Source: an uncultured Methanosarcinales archaeon
GTDB taxonomy: Archaea; Nanobdellota; Nanobdellia; Woesearchaeales; ARS49
Reading direction: 5' to 3'
Assembly: GCA_964360075.1 (NCBI GenBank)
Contig: CAYHVU010000001.1
Coordinates: 19,504 to 43,503, forward strand
Length of the DNA stretch: 24,000 nt
The notes beneath the pieces were generated by a model. That model saw only the letters and a list, made by a program, of their open reading frames with translations, did not search any database and was not told the DNA's origin. Within the stretch, counting starts at the first letter, position 1. Every line of letters starts with the position of its first letter. Below are positions 21,164 through 24,000 of the stretch, piece by piece. The position numbers and the translations under genes are program-made.

Positions 21164-22008
21164 ACCCTCATCTCCTTCAACCGTCGCACGCGTTCGGCCA
21201 TTGGCGGATGCGTCGAGAGCAGCGTCACGAAGAAGTCAGCAGTGAAAGGATTCGCGATAAAGAGCGAGCTCGTTGCTGGATGCCCGAAGCGCATCGGATG
21301 CTTCTTGACACCATCATGGATTTTCTCCAAAGCATGCGCAAGTGAGTGCGGATCTTTGCATAAATGCGCGCCAGTCACGTCTGCCTGGTATTCTCGTGCG
21401 CGGCTAATTGCCAGTTGCACGATTAGCGCGACGAGAGGCGCGAGGATTGTCAGCACAATCAAGCCTATGAGTTGTCCGCCGTTATTGTTTCTGTCATTAG
21501 AACCGCCGAATATCGCGGCATAACGCGCCATCATTGCAGCATAACTAATGACTGCAGCAATCGTGGCAGCAATCGTCGTAATCAGGATATCGCGGTTCTT
21601 AACATGCCCGAGCTCATGCGCCATCACGCCACGCAACTCTTTCTCGGACAAAAGCTTCAAAATGCCTTCGGTGGCTGCGACAACAGCATGTTTTGGGTTC
21701 CTGCCTGTCGCGAACGCGTTCGGAGTCTCTGTAGGAATAATGTAAATTCTTGGTTTCGGTATATCTGCTTCGCGCGACAACTCCTCAATCATGCGATGCA
21801 ATGCAGGATACTCACTTTTGCGCGCTTCTTTCGCGCGATAGATTGCCAACACAATTTTGTCAGAGAAGAAATACGTGATTAAATTCATTCCCAGCGCGAG
21901 CACGAGCGCAATTGTCAATCCAGTTCTGCCCCAAAACAGCCCTCCGACGGCGAGCATCATTCCAGCAAGCACACCTAACAACAGCACTGTTTTGATTTGG
22001 TTCCACAT
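21160..22008 (-). CDS. htpX: HtpX-type M48 membrane zinc protease
   Basis: HExxH in VMAHELGHVKNRD. Two N-terminal TM segments. C-terminal THPPMAERV, typical of HtpX. Confidence 0.9.
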   Translation of the reverse strand: MWNQIKTVLLLGVLAGMMLAVGGLFWGRTGLTIALVLALGMNLITYFFSDKIVLAIYRAKEARKSEYPALHRMIEELSREADIPKPRIYIIPTETPNAFATGRNPKHAVVAATEGILKLLSEKELRGVMAHELGHVKNRDILITTIAATIAAVISYAAMMARYAAIFGGSNDRNNNGGQLIGLIVLTILAPLVALIVQLAISRAREYQADVTGAHLCKDPHSLAHALEKIHDGVKKHPMRFGHPATSSLFIANPFTADFFVTLLSTHPPMAERVRRLKEMRV

Positions 22009-22033
22009 AAAGAATTCCTGCCTTTCTGTCTTC

Positions 22034-22405
22034 TTAAGGATTATGGATGCCGAGAGTAGTCATGTATGTCGCCAGTCCTTCAATGTGCGTTACAGGAGTG
22101 TGCCTGAGAAGGAATTTCCTGAAACCGTCGTCGACAAGCACACCATTCCTGCGCAATCCTTCGCTCAATGCACCATACAACTCCTTCCCTTTCGGATCAA
22201 GATCAGTCAGAATCACTGCAGCGCGTGTTTCAGCAGCAACGTCCTCAACGACCGCGTAAATTGGTTTCGAGAGTGTCACAATGCGCTTTAGACCAAGTGC
22301 TCGCAAAGCAGCTGCGTCCTTGCGTCCTTCAACGATTATCAAAGGTTGCGCCGCAAGCAAATTATTCACCCATTTGGTCAATTCCGCAGTGCTAGTCGAA
22401 TGCAT
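22034..22405 (-). CDS. small Toprim-domain protein (RNase M5 / small primase-like family)
   Basis: IIVEGRKDAAALRALGL carries the catalytic Glu and VILTDLDPKGKELY the DxD motif. The track starts at 22465, but that ATG lies only ~12 nt downstream of the only TATA (22477-22484), too close for a TATA-directed start. ATG 22405 is preceded by GGAG, so I start there. Confidence 0.7.
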   Translation of the reverse strand: MHSTSTAELTKWVNNLLAAQPLIIVEGRKDAAALRALGLKRIVTLSKPIYAVVEDVAAETRAAVILTDLDPKGKELYGALSEGLRRNGVLVDDGFRKFLLRHTPVTHIEGLATYMTTLGIHNP

Positions 22406-22476
22406 GGCATTCTCCTGCACCGCTCGTGTTGCTACACTTCGCGGGATCAAGCATGCACTGGACATGCGCGCAACAA

Positions 22477-22484
22477 TTATATAA
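22477..22484. promoter_or_regulatory. palindromic TATA box TTATATAA between divergent Toprim and primase genes
   Basis: It lies ~32 nt upstream of ATG 22516 on the plus strand, in a 110-nt divergent spacer. Confidence 0.35.
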
Positions 22485-22515
22485 GGTTTGAGTGTCCACC
22501 ATAAATAGGGGGAAC

Positions 22516-23910
22516 ATGATACATCTCAGCACCTTGTTGCAATATTATAAGCGCCCTGAAATCCAGCAAGCGCTTGTTGAAGCAGCACAAGATAAGGAAA
22601 TTGCAGTAAGCTACGCAGGCGAGGGCTATGGTAAGCGCCCAGATACGCTACAATATCCGCAAGACGTGCTTGAACACGTAAAGCGCGGCGCAACGAGCTT
22701 CCATTGCTCTGAAGAGCTCTGGCTCAACCCGATGCAGGTCACGACAGGCGCACCGCGGCAAGAGCTCGACGCATTAAGAAAAGGCTGGGACTTGGTGCTT
22801 GACATCGACTGTCCTGAACTAAAGTACAGTCAAATCGCAGCAGACTTGCTCGTGCAGGCACTAAAGTATCACGGCATTGAGTCGATTTTCGTGAAATTCT
22901 CTGGCAATCACGGCTTCCACATTGCAGTTCCATTTGAGAGTTTTCCGTCGACAATCCACGACAAACCAATTAAGGACTGGTTTCCGGATGGTCCGAGAAA
23001 AATCGCGGCATATCTCGCGAACCTCATCAAACCAGAACTCACAAAACAGTTGCTCGCGTTCCACGATATCGCAACTATCATGGCTCGCGTCAAGAAATCG
23101 CACGATGAACTCGTGAAAGACGCAAAATTCGACCCGTTCAAAGTACTCACCATAGACACAGTACTCATCGCGCCTCGGCACTTGTATCGTATGCCGTATT
23201 CGTTCAATGAAAAATCAGGGCTCGTCAGCATTCCTATTGATCCTGCGCGATTGCTTGCCTTCGACAAATCTGAAGCAATCCCTGAACAAGTGCAGCCAAC
23301 AAGAATTTATCTTGACCGTACGCACACAAACGCAGGTGAGGCCAGACAATTGCTCGTAAACGCATTCGACTTTGTCGCAAAAGAAACTAACGCAAAAGAA
23401 GAACGCGACGCATACAGACCGCGAAAAGAGTTTGACATTCCCCAAACTGCACTTGCAGAAACTCTCTTCCCGCCGTGCATTCAACTCATTAGGCAAGGCC
23501 TCAAAGACGGAAAGAAGCGCGCGCTGTTTATTCTAGTAAACTTCTACAGAAGTGTAGGCTGGGAGTACGACAAGATTTTGGAAGAGCTCAAGACCTGGAA
23601 CACAAAGAATCCAGAACCTTTGAGAGACACAATAATTGAAGGTCATGTGCGTTATCATAAGCAAGCAAAGAAAGTGGCGCTCCCATCTAATTGTCGTTCG
23701 TTCTACGAAGAGCTTGGCGTGTGCAAACCTGACAATTTATGCAACCGCATCAAGAATCCTGTGAGTTACTCTACAAGAAAGGCCTGGCTTATAAATAGAG
23801 ACCGAGAAGAGAACGAAAAGAAGCCTAATGTTAATAAGACTAACAGAAAAGAACAAAAAGAACCAGAAACAGCCTCCATTCCATCGGAAACGCCACAGCA
23901 AGATTTATAA
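22516..23910 (+). CDS. priS: archaeo-eukaryotic primase: catalytic PriS domain fused to a PriL-CTD-like Fe-S domain
   Basis: PriS motifs: DLVLDIDCPE (DxD), FSGNHGFHIAVPF (SGxxGxH) and RMPYSFNEKSG. The C-terminal FPPCIQL plus three further Cys (SNC, GVC, NLC) match the PriL 4Fe-4S domain pattern. ATG 22516 is preceded by GGGGG; the track uses GTG 22492. Confidence 0.85.
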   Translation: MIHLSTLLQYYKRPEIQQALVEAAQDKEIAVSYAGEGYGKRPDTLQYPQDVLEHVKRGATSFHCSEELWLNPMQVTTGAPRQELDALRKGWDLVLDIDCPELKYSQIAADLLVQALKYHGIESIFVKFSGNHGFHIAVPFESFPSTIHDKPIKDWFPDGPRKIAAYLANLIKPELTKQLLAFHDIATIMARVKKSHDELVKDAKFDPFKVLTIDTVLIAPRHLYRMPYSFNEKSGLVSIPIDPARLLAFDKSEAIPEQVQPTRIYLDRTHTNAGEARQLLVNAFDFVAKETNAKEERDAYRPRKEFDIPQTALAETLFPPCIQLIRQGLKDGKKRALFILVNFYRSVGWEYDKILEELKTWNTKNPEPLRDTIIEGHVRYHKQAKKVALPSNCRSFYEELGVCKPDNLCNRIKNPVSYSTRKAWLINRDREENEKKPNVNKTNRKEQKEPETASIPSETPQQDL

Positions 23911-24000
23911 AGAACCCCCAGCCGCATTCTATAGCGCGAGTCTACCGACGGTAGCCTCGAAGGACAAGCCTGGAAAGACCGCTTTTCAGTACAGAGTCTG

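Noticed and set aside
23911-24000. Stem-loop CGAG-TCTACC-GAC-GGTAGC-CTCG and a GGAAAGACC string after the primase stop, which could be the start of an ncRNA such as RNase P RNA.
   Set aside because: Only ~90 nt are visible before the window ends. The similarity to GGAAAGUCC is a single short string. It could simply be a 3' hairpin, so there is not enough sequence to support a call.

Overview
This is a compact archaeal chromosome segment. The archaeal call rests on PCNA, a PriS/PriL-type primase, Hef, an archaeal-type RNase J, a bulge-helix-bulge tRNA intron and TATA-box promoters. The fused primase, tiny spacers and many orphan small proteins are reminiscent of reduced DPANN-like genomes, but that is only an inference. 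I support about 37 protein genes. Several start codons are re-placed relative to the ORF track, and one 47-aa zinc-ribbon gene is absent from the track. I also call two tRNAs: Leu-CAA, and Gly-CCC with a 17-nt intron. I saw no rRNA, CRISPR array, transposase or integrase. All product calls come from reading motifs by eye; no database search was possible.

Observations most worth a second look:
1. An AT-rich free-standing LAGLIDADG homing-endonuclease cassette sits between a decayed tRNA-like fragment that retains the promoter and an intact tRNA-Gly. The endonuclease ORF ends 15 nt inside that tRNA.
2. Both tRNAs are followed after exactly 2 nt by the ATG of a protein gene (RNase J; a DUF488-like protein). 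This suggests tRNA-punctuated, effectively leaderless mRNAs.
3. A tRNA-minihelix-like leader upstream of tRNA-Leu repeats the first 8 nt of the tRNA.
4. An ORF-poor stretch of about 150 nt carries five consecutive related stem-loops, three of them with GAA triloops.
5. There are three uncharacterised small-protein operons: a triad of paralogous coiled-coil proteins beside PCNA; a 29-residue-repeat, B-box zinc-finger and coiled-coil operon; and a TraB, degenerate site-2-protease-like, membrane-protein and MBL operon.
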